Origin: Macrostomum lignano
Lineage: Eukaryota
DNA: 64,000 nt
Assembly (NCBI GenBank): GCA_002269645.1
Contig: NIVC01000010.1
Coordinates: forward strand, 868,001-932,000
Reading direction: 5' to 3'
Shown: positions 11,273 to 23,305 of the stretch, piece after piece
Layout: the number at the start of each line of letters is the position of its first letter
How positions within the stretch are numbered: position 1 is the stretch's first letter
Position numbers and translations under genes: made by a program
The notes under the pieces: generated by a model
The model's input: the letters and a program-made list of their open reading frames with translations, nothing else
Databases searched by the model: none
Told to the model about the DNA's origin: nothing

Positions 11273-14200
11273 CATCTATCTATCTATCCATCTATCCATC
11301 TATCTATCTACCTACTAATCTAGCTTACCTAGCATAGTACAGCAGAGCCTGACGCCACAGGTCCTTATGCCGATGGCCCACAGTCTCGCACAGTTTAAAC
11401 AGACTGTCATACTGGCCCCGCTCTGTGTAGTGCCGCAACAGCAGGTCGTACCGGCCGGTCCGTTCGCACAGGAGCATCACACCTGGCCAGAACTGGCACA
11501 GGTAGCAACGCAATAAAAAAGCGTCACTATCGTAGCAATCTGAACCGGTTTTTAGCAGTTCCAACGCGCGCTGCTCCCGTTTATCACGCAGAGATTTGTC
11601 AGCAGTGGCGGGTTCCTCAGCCAGACTTTGAATGTAGAGTTCTAATAGTGTCTGCGTGAGCTGGGGCCGGGCTGTGGGCGAGCCCAGCAGCGCTAGGCAG
11701 TGCTCCAGGATGGCAATCAGGTCGTTTGGATTGCCGACAAATATTGGGGCGAGTTCGTCTACTCCCACGGACACCTGGGCATTGGATTAGAGATTTTTAT
11801 GTTAATTAATGCTTAATGGTTGGTAATATTGTCACCTAAACTAAACAGTTGTGCAGTCAATGACTGCAAAAAATGGTCGTCTAACTATAAACTGCTAAAA
11901 TCACACACACACACACAACACATCCACACAGACACACAAGACACTCACAGACACACAAGACTCTCACAGACACACAAGAAACTCACACAGACACAGAAGA
12001 CACTCACACAGACACACAAGAAACTCACACAGACACAGAAGACACTCACACAGACACACAAGACACTTACAGACACACAAGACTCACACAGACACACAAG
12101 ACACTCACACAGACACACAATACTCACAAAGACACACAAGACACTCACACAGACACAGAAGACACACACACAGACGCAGAAGACACACACACAGACACAG
12201 AAGGCACACACACAAGACGCGAAAGACACAAAGACACACAAGCTGACACACAGACACACAAGACACTCACACAGACACAGAAGACACACAGACACAGAAG
12301 ACACTCACACCGACACACAAGACACTCACACAGACACACAAGACTCACAAAGACACACAAGACACTCACACAGACACAGAAGACACACACACAGACGCAG
12401 AAGACACACACACAGACACAGAAGGCACACACACAAGACGCGAAAGACACAAAGACACACAAGCTGACACACAGACACACAAGACACTCACACAGACACA
12501 GAAGACACACAGACACAGAAGACACTCACACCGACACACAAGACACTCACACAGACACACAAGACTCACAAAGACACACAAGACACTCACACAGACACAG
12601 AAGACACACACACAGACGCAGAAGACACACACAGACACAGAAGGCACACACACAAGACGCGAAAGACACAAAGACACACAAGCTGACACACAGACACACA
12701 AGACACTCACACAGACACAGAAGACACACAGACACAGAAGACACTCACACCGACACAGAAGACACACACACAGACACAGAAGGCACTCACACAAGACGCG
12801 AAAGACACAAAGACACACAAGACACACACTAAACATCCAGACTACACACAAATTAAAGACACATAAGACGCAAAAGACACACACAGACGTAGAAGAACAC
12901 ACACTAGACAAACACCCACACCAAGACTTACCTGCGGACTGCCGACAAGCCTTTTAAGCAGTTCGGTAGACTCAGCAGGGCAGCTAGCCAGCAGTTCGCG
13001 GCCATAAATCCGCATATTATGCATAGCAACCGTATCAGGCAGCTTAGCCATGTAGGCCAGCGCTTCGGAGTGTTGGGCCAAATCGCAAACCTGAATCTTC
13101 AGGTGCCATTCGTGCTTGTCAAACCGGTCGGCCAGGGCCAGGGCCTGCTTGCTGAAGCCCGCTTGGCGGAGCACCTGCCGTTAGGGGATTCTAGGATAAT
13201 TAAGGTCACAAATGCCACGACAGGCGACAGGTAAAAATAGCTAATTGTCACGCAGAATCAGACAAGGTGTGACAAATGCCAATTATCACGGAATTACAAA
13301 ATCAGGCAGGTGTGACAAACGCCAATTATCACGGCATTACAGAATCAGACAGGTGTGACAAATGCCAATTATCACGGAATTACAAAATCAGGCAGGTGTG
13401 ACAAACGCCAATTATCACGGAATCACAGAATCAAACATGTGTGACAAATGCTAATTATCACGGAATCACGGAATCAGACAGGTGTGACAAATGCCAGTTA
13501 TCACGGAATCAGGCAGGTGTGACAAATGCCAATTATCACGGAATTACAGAATCAGACAGGTGTGACAAATGCCAATTATCACGGAATTACAGAATCAGAC
13601 AGGTGTGACAAATGCCAATTATCACGGAATTACAGAATCAGACAGGTGTGACAAATGCCAATTATCACGGAATTACAGAATCAGACAGGTGTGACAAATG
13701 CCAATTATCACGGCATTACAGAATCAGACAGGTGTGACAAATGCCAATTATCACGGAATTACAGAATCAGACAGGTGTGACAAATGCCAATTATCACGGA
13801 ATTACAGAATCAGACAGGTGTGACAAATGCCAATTATCACGGCATTACAGAATCAGACAGGTGTGACAAATGCCAATTATCACGGAATTACAGAATCAGA
13901 CAGGTGTGACAAATGCCAATTATCACGGCATTACAGAATCAGACAGGTGTGACAAATGCCAATTATCACGGAATTACAGAATCAGACAGGTGTGAAAAAT
14001 GCCAATTATCACGGAATTACAGAATCAGACAGGTGTGACAAATGCCAATTATCACGGCATTACAGAATCAGACAGGTGTGACAAATGTCCGGGACACCAA
14101 ACACTCACTCTAATAGCTGTATCAGCATCGAATGCGGTATCCTTAGACTCAAGGAAGGCGCTCAATTTAGCTTCATCCTTGAGCTTGCTGTAACAGTTCA

Positions 14201-16867
14201 ACAGCAGAGTGGTGTGATCTTCGCTAGCCAACCTGGCCCGATGCACAGCCTCCAAGTAGGCGGTCAAATTGTGTATCCGAGACGAGTCCAGGAATTTCCT
14301 AATCACATAGGAAGCCTCCAGGTGTCCGATAGTTCGGCAATACTCCGGTATAGCGCCGTCAAAGTCGCCCTTCTGATACAAATAGTCGGCGTATTGCCGA
14401 TAGATCTCGGCCATACCGTCAGCGTCGTAGCGCATCGCCGAGGCCAAGTCGATAGCCAGTCTAAAGTTATTCTTTTTAAACAGAATGCCCATCTTACTGG
14501 CCGCGTCCTTCTCAGTCAGGCAGTGTAGTCGGCAGTCGGCAGTCAGCAACAGTAGGGAGCCCCATTCGGCTAGGATAGCGCGAACTCCGCCACGAAATGG
14601 ATTGTACATGGCGGCAAATTTGTGCCTAGTCTCGTACACTGTCAGCATGTGAGTGTCTTTCAGTGCGTTGGATTGCTGCTGCTGCTGGCTGCCTGCAGCG
14701 GTAGTGATGGAGCCGCGCTTACCCAGAGCTACCAGGTAGCTGCGAAACCAGCGCAACTGCGCAGGTTAATGAGGGGTTGGGATAGGGCAAGGTTAATATC
14801 AGTACTCTGTCAGTATCTTACATTGTCAGCAGGCCTGACTGTCAGTAGCTTCAACTGTCAGTAGACCTGACTGTCAGTAAGACCTGGCGGTCAGTAGCTT
14901 CAACTGTCTGTCAGTAAGACCTGACTGTAAATTGTCAGTAAGACGAAGACCTGACAGTCGGTAGCTTAAATTGTCAGTAAGACGAAGACCTGACAGTCAG
15001 TAGCTTTAACTGTCAGCAGGCCTGACTGTCAGTAGGCCTGACTGTCAGTAGACCTGACTGTCAGTAGACCTGACTGTCAGTAGACCTGACTGTCAGTAGA
15101 CCTGACTGTCAGTAGACCTGACTGTCAGTAGACCTGACTGTCAGTAGACCTGACTGTCAGTAGACCTGACTGTCAGTAGACCTGACTGTCAGTAGACCTG
15201 ACTGTCAGTAGACCTGACTGTCAGTAGACCTGACTGTCAGTTGAACGGACTGTCAATACTCATAAGTTATCACACACGCACACACGCACACACACCTGTT
15301 CAATTTCCATATCAAAGGCAGTGCAGGCGCCTCTACCGTCCATGTTATAAAAATAGGCCACGGTTCGATTTGCAACAACCAACTGCGGATCCGGGTCGCT
15401 CTCCGACAGACAGGTGCAGCAGGGAGCGGCGCCGAAGTTCGATTCCAGGCACATCTTAGTCACGTGATCTTTTGCGGTTATAACCAGGGCGAAAACTGAC
15501 TTATCAGTGGTGGCGAATACCGTTGTGACTCGGCTCTCGGATACCTGCGCAATTATGGGAAGTGTGCAAAGTATGTGGCTGTCTATACCTGATTACTGGT
15601 ACCAGGTATGTTGCTAGTTTTCCTTTTACCATTTCTCTGCTCATTGCGTCTCCTAATGCATGCTTATTTGCTTTTATTTGTGTGTAAATTCTTTGTCAGC
15701 CATTTCATCGATCTGTACGAGCGTATTTGTCTCTGTTCTCTCTGACTTTTAGTTTATCTACGTGCCTGTCCTCCTGACTGTGTCTGTCCGTCTGTCTATG
15801 CGTCCGTCCGCCTGTCTATGTGTCTGTCCGCCTGTCTGTCTGTCCGCCTGTCTATGTGTCTGTCCGCCTGTCTGTCTGTCCGCCTGTCTATGTGTCTGTC
15901 CGCCAGCCTATGTCTGTCCGCCAGCCTATGTCTGTCCGCCAGCTTATGTTTGTCCGCCTGTCTGTCTGTCCGCCTGTCTATGTGTCTGTCCGCCTGTCTG
16001 TCTGTCCGCCTGTCTGTCTGTCCGCCTGTCTGTCTGTCCGCCTGTCTGTCAGTCCGCCTGTCTGTCTGCTCGCCTGTCTATGTGTCTGCCCGCCTGTCTA
16101 TGTGCCTGTCCGCCTGTCTATGTGCCTGTCCGCCTGTCTATGTGTCTGTCCGCCTGTCTATGTGTCTGTCCGCCTGTCTATGTGTCTGTCCGCCTGTCTA
16201 TGTGTCTGTCCGCCTGTCTATGTGTCTGTCCGCCTGTCTATGTGTCTGTCCGCCTGTCTATGTGCCTGTCTGCCAGCGGCACCTTGCAGTGCAGGTTGGT
16301 GACGGGCCCATCGGCCTCCAGTACAACACGGCACCGGCTGTGCCGCTCCTTCTTGACGTCGCCGCGGTGCAGCTGCACCACCCCGGTGCTGAAGCCGAGC
16401 AGCAGGCAGCTGAGATTCTCGTGTGCGGTCAGGCAGGTGAGAAACGGCGGCGGCATCTGCGGCTGCTGCTTGGCGAGGGTCGCCGGATCAATCGCCACGC
16501 GCATCACACGAGAGCAGACCGGGCCGCCGTCAGCCTCTGGCCTGTCCAGCTGGCTCCACACCTTGAGCCGCTGTTCATTGAATCCCTGATCCAAGCCTAC
16601 AGAGATCAGAATGTCGTGCTGAGCAAATTGGTGCAACAAATTTGTTGAATCGTCGAATGCTCGAAAATTGGTCACATCAAAGGAGCCGTCGCTATTGCGG
16701 CCGACAAGATAGACGAAGCCATTTTTATCGCCGAACACCAGCAGGCCGTGGCCGCAGGACCAGCAGCAGATGCCTTCAATGTCGGCCAAGCCTTTGAACG
16801 ACTCGCCGGTGTTCAGGTCTCGCAGCAGGCCAGTTTCAAAGAATTGAAATCGCCTTGACAGAGCCAT
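9577..16867 (-). CDS. VPS11: Vacuolar protein sorting 11 (HOPS/CORVET core subunit, RING-H2)
   Basis: Exons 16283-16867, 15296-15544, 14109-14756, 12932-13174, 11329-11774, 10453-10885 and 9577-~10191 (acceptor of the last exon uncertain by a few codons). Motifs: RRFQFF start, AEWGSL, LEASYVIRKFLDSSRIHNLTAYL, DHTTLLLNCYSKLKD, RING CSIC...SVHFLCDHSFHLHC...CPNC, FSIISDSIAKGVF. Confidence 0.96.
10240..10430. repeat. 26-bp minisatellite in a VPS11 intron
   Basis: Unit AAAATCAGAATGGAAAATCCCCAGTC. Confidence 0.88.
10993..11315. repeat. (CTAT)n microsatellite
   Basis: Direct reading. Confidence 0.95.
11900..12910. repeat. AC-rich compound satellite with a ~220-bp higher-order repeat
   Basis: Marker CACAAGACGCGAAAGACACA recurs at ~12211, 12432, 12651 and 12790. 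Confidence 0.88.
13245..14087. repeat. 43-bp minisatellite
   Basis: Unit GACAGGTGTGACAAATGCCAATTATCACGGAATTACAGAATCA. Confidence 0.95.
14830..15255. repeat. 16-bp minisatellite
   Basis: Unit CTGACTGTCAGTAGAC. Confidence 0.93.
15775..16272. repeat. 20-bp CTGT-derived minisatellite
   Basis: Unit CTGTCCGCCTGTCTATGTGT. Confidence 0.93.
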
Positions 16868-16974
16868 GGTTCAGTAATTTTGATTCGGGCTAGAGACTTC
16901 CGACTCTCTGTGGGGTTGTTGTTGAGCAGTAATCAGAAATCACAACTAATCACACCTTAGAGATCAACTAATGA

Positions 16975-17405
16975 GGATCTGGAAGGCTGGCCTAGCAACT
17001 GACACTCTGGGAGGCTGGCCAAGAAACTGACACTCTGGGAGGCTGGCCCAGCAACTGAGGATCTGGGAGGCTGGCCCAGCAACTGAGGATCTGGGAGACT
17101 GGCCCAGCAACTGAGGATCTAGGAGGCTGGCCCAGCAACTGAGGATCTGAGAGGCTGGCCCAGCAACTGAGGATCTAGGAGGCTGGCCCAGCAACTGAGG
17201 ATCTGAGAGGCTGGCCCAGCAACTGAGGATCTGAGAGGCTGGCCCAGCAACTGAGGATCTAGGAGGCTGGCCCAGCAACTGAGGATCTAGGAGGCTGGCC
17301 CAGCAACTGAGGATCTAAGAGGCTGGCCCAGCAACTGAGGATCTGAGAGGCTGGCCCAGCAACTGAGGATCTGGGAGGCTGGCCCAGCAAATGAAGATCT
17401 GGGAG
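16975..17405. repeat. 28-bp minisatellite
   Basis: Unit GGCTGGCCCAGCAACTGAGGATCTAGGA. Confidence 0.93.
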
Positions 17406-17669
17406 GAGGCTGGCGACTGCAATTGAACTGCAATTACTAAGTTTATCGAAGTATAAACAAAAGGAAAAAGAATAAAAATGTCAAAAAGAACTTTTATGAT
17501 TACTTTATACGTTTTATATAACAACAAAGCAAATAGTGACACATTGTAGACATCAGTTTAGGCATAGCAATAGTAAATTTCATTAACAAATTTAACAGTT
17601 AAACACTGCGGTAACTTACGCAGCTATTTTTGAGCTACGAAGTTTGACAGGACAAATTATAAAATGCAC

Positions 17670-18432
17670 AGATTTGCCCAGTGTCTGGGGATCTGGTAGG
17701 GTGGCAGATCTGCCCAGTGTCTGAGAATCTGGTAGGGTGGCAGATCTGCCTAGTGTCTGAGGATCTGGTAGGGTGGCAGATCTGCCTAGTGTCTGAGGAT
17801 CTGGTAGGGTGGCAGATCTGCCCAGTGTCTGAGGATCTGGTAGGGTGGCAGATGTGCCCAGTGTCTGAGGATCTGGTAGGGTGGCAGATCTGTCCAGATG
17901 TCTGAGGATCTGGTAGGGTGGCAGATCTGCCCAGTGTCTGAGGATCTGGTAGGGTGGCAGATCTGCCCAGTGTCTGAGGATCTGGTAGGGTGGCAGATCT
18001 GTCCAGATGTCTGAGGATCTGGTAGGGTGGCAGATCTGCCCAGTGTCTGAGGATCTGGTAGGGTGGCAGATCTGTCCAGATGTCTGAGGATCTGGTAGGG
18101 TGGCAGATCTGCCCAGTGTCTGAGGATCTGGTAGGGTGGCAGATCTGCCCAGTGTCTGAGGATCTGGTAGGGTGGCAGATCTGCCCAGTGTCTGAGGATC
18201 TGGTAGGGTGGCAGATGTGCCCAGTGTCTGAGGATCTGGTAGGGTGGCAGATGTGCCCAGTGTCTGAGAATCTGGTAGGGTGGCAGATCTGTCCAGATGT
18301 CTGAGGATCTGGTAGGGTGGCAGATCTGCCCAGTGTCTGAGGATCTGGTAGGGTGGCTGATCTGCCAGTGTCTGAGGATCTGGTAGGGTGGCTGATATGC
18401 CCAGATGTCTGAGGATCTGGTAGGGTGGCAGT
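17670..18432. repeat. 36-bp minisatellite
   Basis: Unit CCCAGTGTCTGAGGATCTGGTAGGGTGGCAGATCTG. Confidence 0.95.
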
Positions 18433-18523
18433 ATATGAAATCGAAGGACATTTGAAGGTGTTTGTGATCGATCTGTTTCTGCAGTATGCCAAACAACATT
18501 CTAAACTGAAATGATTAGTCTGT

Positions 18524-21500
18524 TTACATTAGCTGCGTCACCATGGTAACCTCTTCTTCGTCATCCGAGTCTCTATAGACATCGTAGACGCCAGCAGCCC
18601 CTACACTTGAGCCGCCGGCAGCAGCAGCGGCGTCAGAATCAGCGAGGGCGCTGACCGATGCTGCAGAAGCAGACGCCGTCGCGGCAGTCATTGCGGCCGA
18701 CCGTTGCAGCATGGCATTGCGAATAAACCGTAAACCGAATTCCACGTGTTTAGCAGTGTCAGAGGAGCCGCTATCAGGCTGCTGACTGCTACTATTAGTA
18801 GTGTTATCAAAGCCGCTGACCACGGCTACGCTATAGGGATTGCCAATGGCACCAGCGGCGGATAGCGAAGCTGGTGACGCCGCAATATCCATATCGGAGC
18901 CGCTAGCCGAAGATGGCGACGACTCTAACTCTCCATCGTCTTCATCATTACCGACATCTTCAATTGTCGACATGTCAACATCGCCAGCTGTGTTAGACGC
19001 TGACAGTAGCATATTAGGCAATAAATCTACAGTGTCTAAGCGGCGACTCGCCAAAGCTTTGTCAAGCATACTGGCTAAGCAGCGGACTCTTCGACCGGCT
19101 AAACGAACGCAGTTAATTAGCGATCGTTTATCCAATTGTAATCCACCGATTGTGTGCAGGCAGCAGATCTCTCGATTGGCGCTCATTGCTACCACTATCC
19201 TGCTCTCGGCTAGGGACTCCTCCTGCGGAGTTTCACGGCAGATGAGTGATTGTGAATGATTTTAAGGCTTTGGTGAATTAGTGAACGTGAATCATTATAT
19301 AAAGCCTTTGTGAATAAATGAATGTGAATGATTTGAAAGCCTGTGTAAATTAGTGAAAGTGAATGATTTGAAAGCTTTGGTGAATTAGTGAATGTGAATG
19401 ATTTGAAAGCTTTGGTGAATTAGTGAAAGTGAATGATTTGAAAGCTTTGGTGAATTGGTGAAAGTGAATGATTTGAAAGCTTTGGTGAATAAGTGAATGT
19501 GAATGATTTGAAAGCTTTGGTGAATGAGTGAAAGTGAATGATTTGAAAGCTTTGGTGAATTGGTGAATGTGAATGATTTGAAAGCTTTGGTGAATTAGTG
19601 AAAGTGAATAATTTGAAAGCTTTGGTGAATGAGTGATTCTGAATGATTTAAAGGCTTTGGTGAAAGTGAATGATTTGAAAGCTTTGGTGAATGTGAACGA
19701 TTTGAAAGCTTTGGTGAACTAGTGAATGTGAATGATTTGAAAGCTTTGGTGAATTAGTGAATGTGAATGATTTGAAAGCTTTGATGAATTAGTGAATGTG
19801 AATGATTTGAAAGCTTTGGTGAATTAGTGAATGTGAATGATTTGAAAGCTTTGGTGAATTAGTGAATGTGAATGATTTGAAAGCTTTGGTGAATTAGTGA
19901 ATGTGAATGATTTGAAAGCTTTGGTGAATGAGTAAATGTGAATGATTGTAAGGCTTTAGTGAATGAGTAAGCAATGATGATTGTAGTGCAATACCGGCTA
20001 AACGGACTTCACTCCTAGTAAAGTAGTGAATGAATGAGGCTCTACTTTTCATTAAATAAAATTCCGATCACAAAATACTTTAATATTTAAGACATCACTT
20101 ACTTTAGCGGACAAATCGGCCACAATGTACTTTCCATCGGAGTCGAACAGGCCAAACGTTTGTACTAGCGGATAAAAGTTCAAGTTTAACTGCACTGGTG
20201 CGTTTTCGCCCACACTAACGGCGCCCTGCATTGAAAGAAATCAATAGATTTAAGAGTACAAAGGTTTGAGCGCGATTTTTAGTGATAGACCATTTTTAGT
20301 ATAATGGAAATGGCGATTATTTTATTGTTAGAAGGGCGATTATTTTTCAAATGGCGATTATTTTGAGAAAGGCGATTTTTCTAAAAAGGCGAGCATTCTA
20401 AGAAGGGCGATAATTTTTAAGGAGAGTTTTTTCTAAGAAAAGGCATTATTCTAAGAAAAGGGATATTTCTAAGAAGGGCAATTATTCTAACGGCAGCAGA
20501 GTTTGCAAAACTGAAGTAGGAAGACCTGAGCTCTGCACAATAAAATTAGCCAATCAGCGCACCTGCACCAGGGACACATCAGGCCGGCGATAGTCAGCCA
20601 GAGCCAGCACAACAGCCATAGCGGCGCAGTCGATCACGTTGCCGTCATTATTAATAACGGTAGCTGTCACCCGGATGAGGAACACCCGTTCGCCGGGCAC
20701 AATGCACAGACTCTCGAGATCTAGGCAGCGCGACTCTTTGAAGCAGCGCTCCAGAGCGCGCTGGGCGCGCAGGCCATCGTCGTCCAATTGCTGCTGCTGA
20801 GATCCATCGGTGCTTGGCACCTCCAGGTTCACCTTTTTGGTGGGGAAGAATAACGATATTTACTATTAATATAAGATTAGGTATGTTAGGTATTAAATAA
20901 AAAATCGAAAATTGAATATATGAGTTTATAATTATAAAAGTGCAAGCATTGAGATCAGAATGACAACAATAGATATGAGAGTGACAACATTAAATATGAG
21001 AGTAACAATATTAGATACTAGAGTGAAAAGATTATAGATATGATAGTGACAAGATTAGATATTAGACTGACAGGATTAGATACTAGAGTGAAAAGATTAG
21101 ATATGAGAGTGACAAGATTAGATACTAGAGTGATTCAAAGATTAGATGTGAGAATGAAAAGATTAGATACTAGAGTGAAAAGATTAGATATGAGAGTGAC
21201 AAGATTAGATATTAGGCTGACAAAATTAGATACGAAAGTGAAAAGATTAGATGAGAGTGACAAGGTTAGATATTAGAATCACAAGATTAGATATGAGAGT
21301 GACAAGATTATATATGAGTGAAAAGATTAGATATTAGACTGACAAGATTAGATATTAGAGTGATTCAAAGATTAGATATGAGAGTAACTAGATGGGATAT
21401 CAGAGTGACAGCATGAGATATCAGAATGACAGCATGAGATATCAGAGTGACAGCATGAGATATCAGAGTGACAGCATGCGATATCAGAGTGACAGTAAAA

Positions 21501-21785
21501 TGAACTACAGTACCAATGAGGCATAAGGAGTGCCGGCCTCACCTGCAGCTGGCCTTCGGCAGGCCTATGCGGCCAAGGCTCCACAACGTCGTGCGTTACC
21601 TTGGCAACAACAATAGTAGCTCCCAGCCGAGCCGTGACGCAGCCAGATTCGGTGTCGGCAAATCGACACCGAATCCGGCGAATGTCGGTCAAATTTCGAC
21701 CATCGATTCGGCACTGATTGGCGATGCTATTGGCTATGGCCTTGCGCTCGTTGGTGGACAGAAATAAACTGTTGTCTTGCCGCAT
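18524..21785 (-). CDS. EXOSC9: Exosome complex component RRP45 (~444 aa)
   Basis: Exons 21543-21785, 20563-20832, 20103-20225, 18524-19222. RNase PH-like motifs LSTNER...RIDGR, ERCFKESRCLDLESLCIVPGERVF, DGNVIDCA, YRRPDVS, VAMSANREIC, plus an acidic tail. Confidence 0.95.
19245..19975. repeat. 35-bp minisatellite in an EXOSC9 intron
   Basis: Unit AAGCTTTGGTGAATTAGTGAATGTGAATGATTTGA. Confidence 0.95.
20960..21495. repeat. Two adjacent ~21-bp minisatellites
   Basis: ACAAGATTAGATATGAGAGTG followed by ATATCAGAGTGACAGCATGAG. Confidence 0.85.
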
Positions 21786-21879
21786 TGGCGCACTGGATCG
21801 CTGCAAACTGTTTTCAGCAAATAGTGTTGAGCCTGCACACAATACAGACAATCAGGATATTTTAAATAGGTAAGCCGGA

Positions 21880-22560
21880 AAAGAGATGGAATAGGGGGGA
21901 TGGAGAGAAGAGATGGGACAAAGGATGGGGAGAAGAGATGGGACAAGAGGGGTTGGGGAGAAGAGATGGGACAAGAGGGGGTGGGGAGAAGAGATGGGAC
22001 AAGAGGGGATGGGGAGAAGAGAAGGGACAAGAGGGGGTGGGGAGAAGAGATGAGACAAGAGGGGTGGGGAGAAGAGATGGGATGGGGGATGGTGTGAATA
22101 GATATGATGGGGTGGGGGAGAAGAGATGGGACAAGAGGGGTGGGGAGAAGAGATGGGACAAGAGGGGATGGGGAGAAGAGATGAGACAAGAGGGGTGGGG
22201 AGAAGAGATGGGATGGGGGATGGTGTGAATAGATATGATGGGGTGGGGGAGAAGAGATGGGACAAGAGGGGTGGGGAGAAGAGATGGGACAAGAGGGGAT
22301 GGGGAGAAGAGATGAGACAAGAGGGGTGGGGAGAAGAGATGGGATGGGGGATGGTGTGAATAGATATGATGGGGTGGGGGAGAAGAGATGGGACAAGAGG
22401 GGGTGGGGAGAAGAGATGGGACAAGAGGGGATGGGGAGAAGAGATGAGACAAGAGGGGTGGGGAGAAGAGATGGGATGGGGGATGGTGTGAATAGATATG
22501 ATGGGGTGGGGGAGAAGAGATGGGATCGGGGATGGGGAGATGGAAATGCATGGGAAATGG
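21880..22560. repeat. Purine-rich compound repeat
   Basis: GGGGAGAAGAGATGGGACAAGAGG units with a recurring GGTGTGAATAGATATGAT marker. Confidence 0.9.
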
Positions 22561-22579
22561 GAAGTGACGCCAGACGTCA
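22560..22579. promoter_or_regulatory. ETS-CRE-like composite motif upstream of EXOSC9
   Basis: GGAAGTGACG at 22560-22569, followed by a second GACGTCA, about 780 bp upstream of the EXOSC9 ATG. Confidence 0.3.
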
Positions 22580-23305
22580 AGCTAACTTGCTACTAAATTT
22601 CATCAGCCTGCAATCAAAACAGCAGCAGAGGAGTTTCTCGCAACTCGAATCGAATCAAACTAATTGTTATTACAATAAAGAATATATTATAACTTTACTT
22701 AATCAATAACAATTAGCACTAGAAAAGTCACAAGGTATAAGCAAAACCAGATGCTAACAAAAAAACGAAAATAATTAACGAATTGAGAGAGAAAGTTGCG
22801 AGCTGAGCACAACCATTACAAACAGACAACAAGGCCCAACTAAACATTACAGATGACAAAGTATAGCACTATAGGCAAACACAGTTAGCGAGCCTCTATA
22901 TACGCTGAATATAACTAAATAGGTATATAGGAGCCAAGTCTAGGGGAAATTGTTTAAACATTAATTTAAGCCAAAATTTCAAACTTCAAAACGGCACCTC
23001 AGGCCAAGAAGATACTCTATAAACGGCGAGATATTGCGGTACAAATAGCCTAAGATTTAATTTTAGGTGGTTTATTGTCTGCGACTCTTTTGAATTAGAA
23101 TCGCATTTTGCATTTTTACGCTCTTATAACAATTCTATCTAGTCTACCTGTGAGTTAGTAGACAGTTACGACTTTAGGACGACTTTTTTCGAGACACTTT
23201 TTACAATTCTACCACTTTTAAAAATTGACCAACATCATTACTTGAAGTAGTGAAGCTCTTATTTATTTCAACTAACAATACTAGTTCCCATTGCCCTATC
23301 CAGCG

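Noticed and set aside
13245-14087. CRISPR-like appearance of 28-43-bp repeat arrays
   Set aside because: The units are head-to-tail with no unique spacers, the context is eukaryotic and there are no cas genes.
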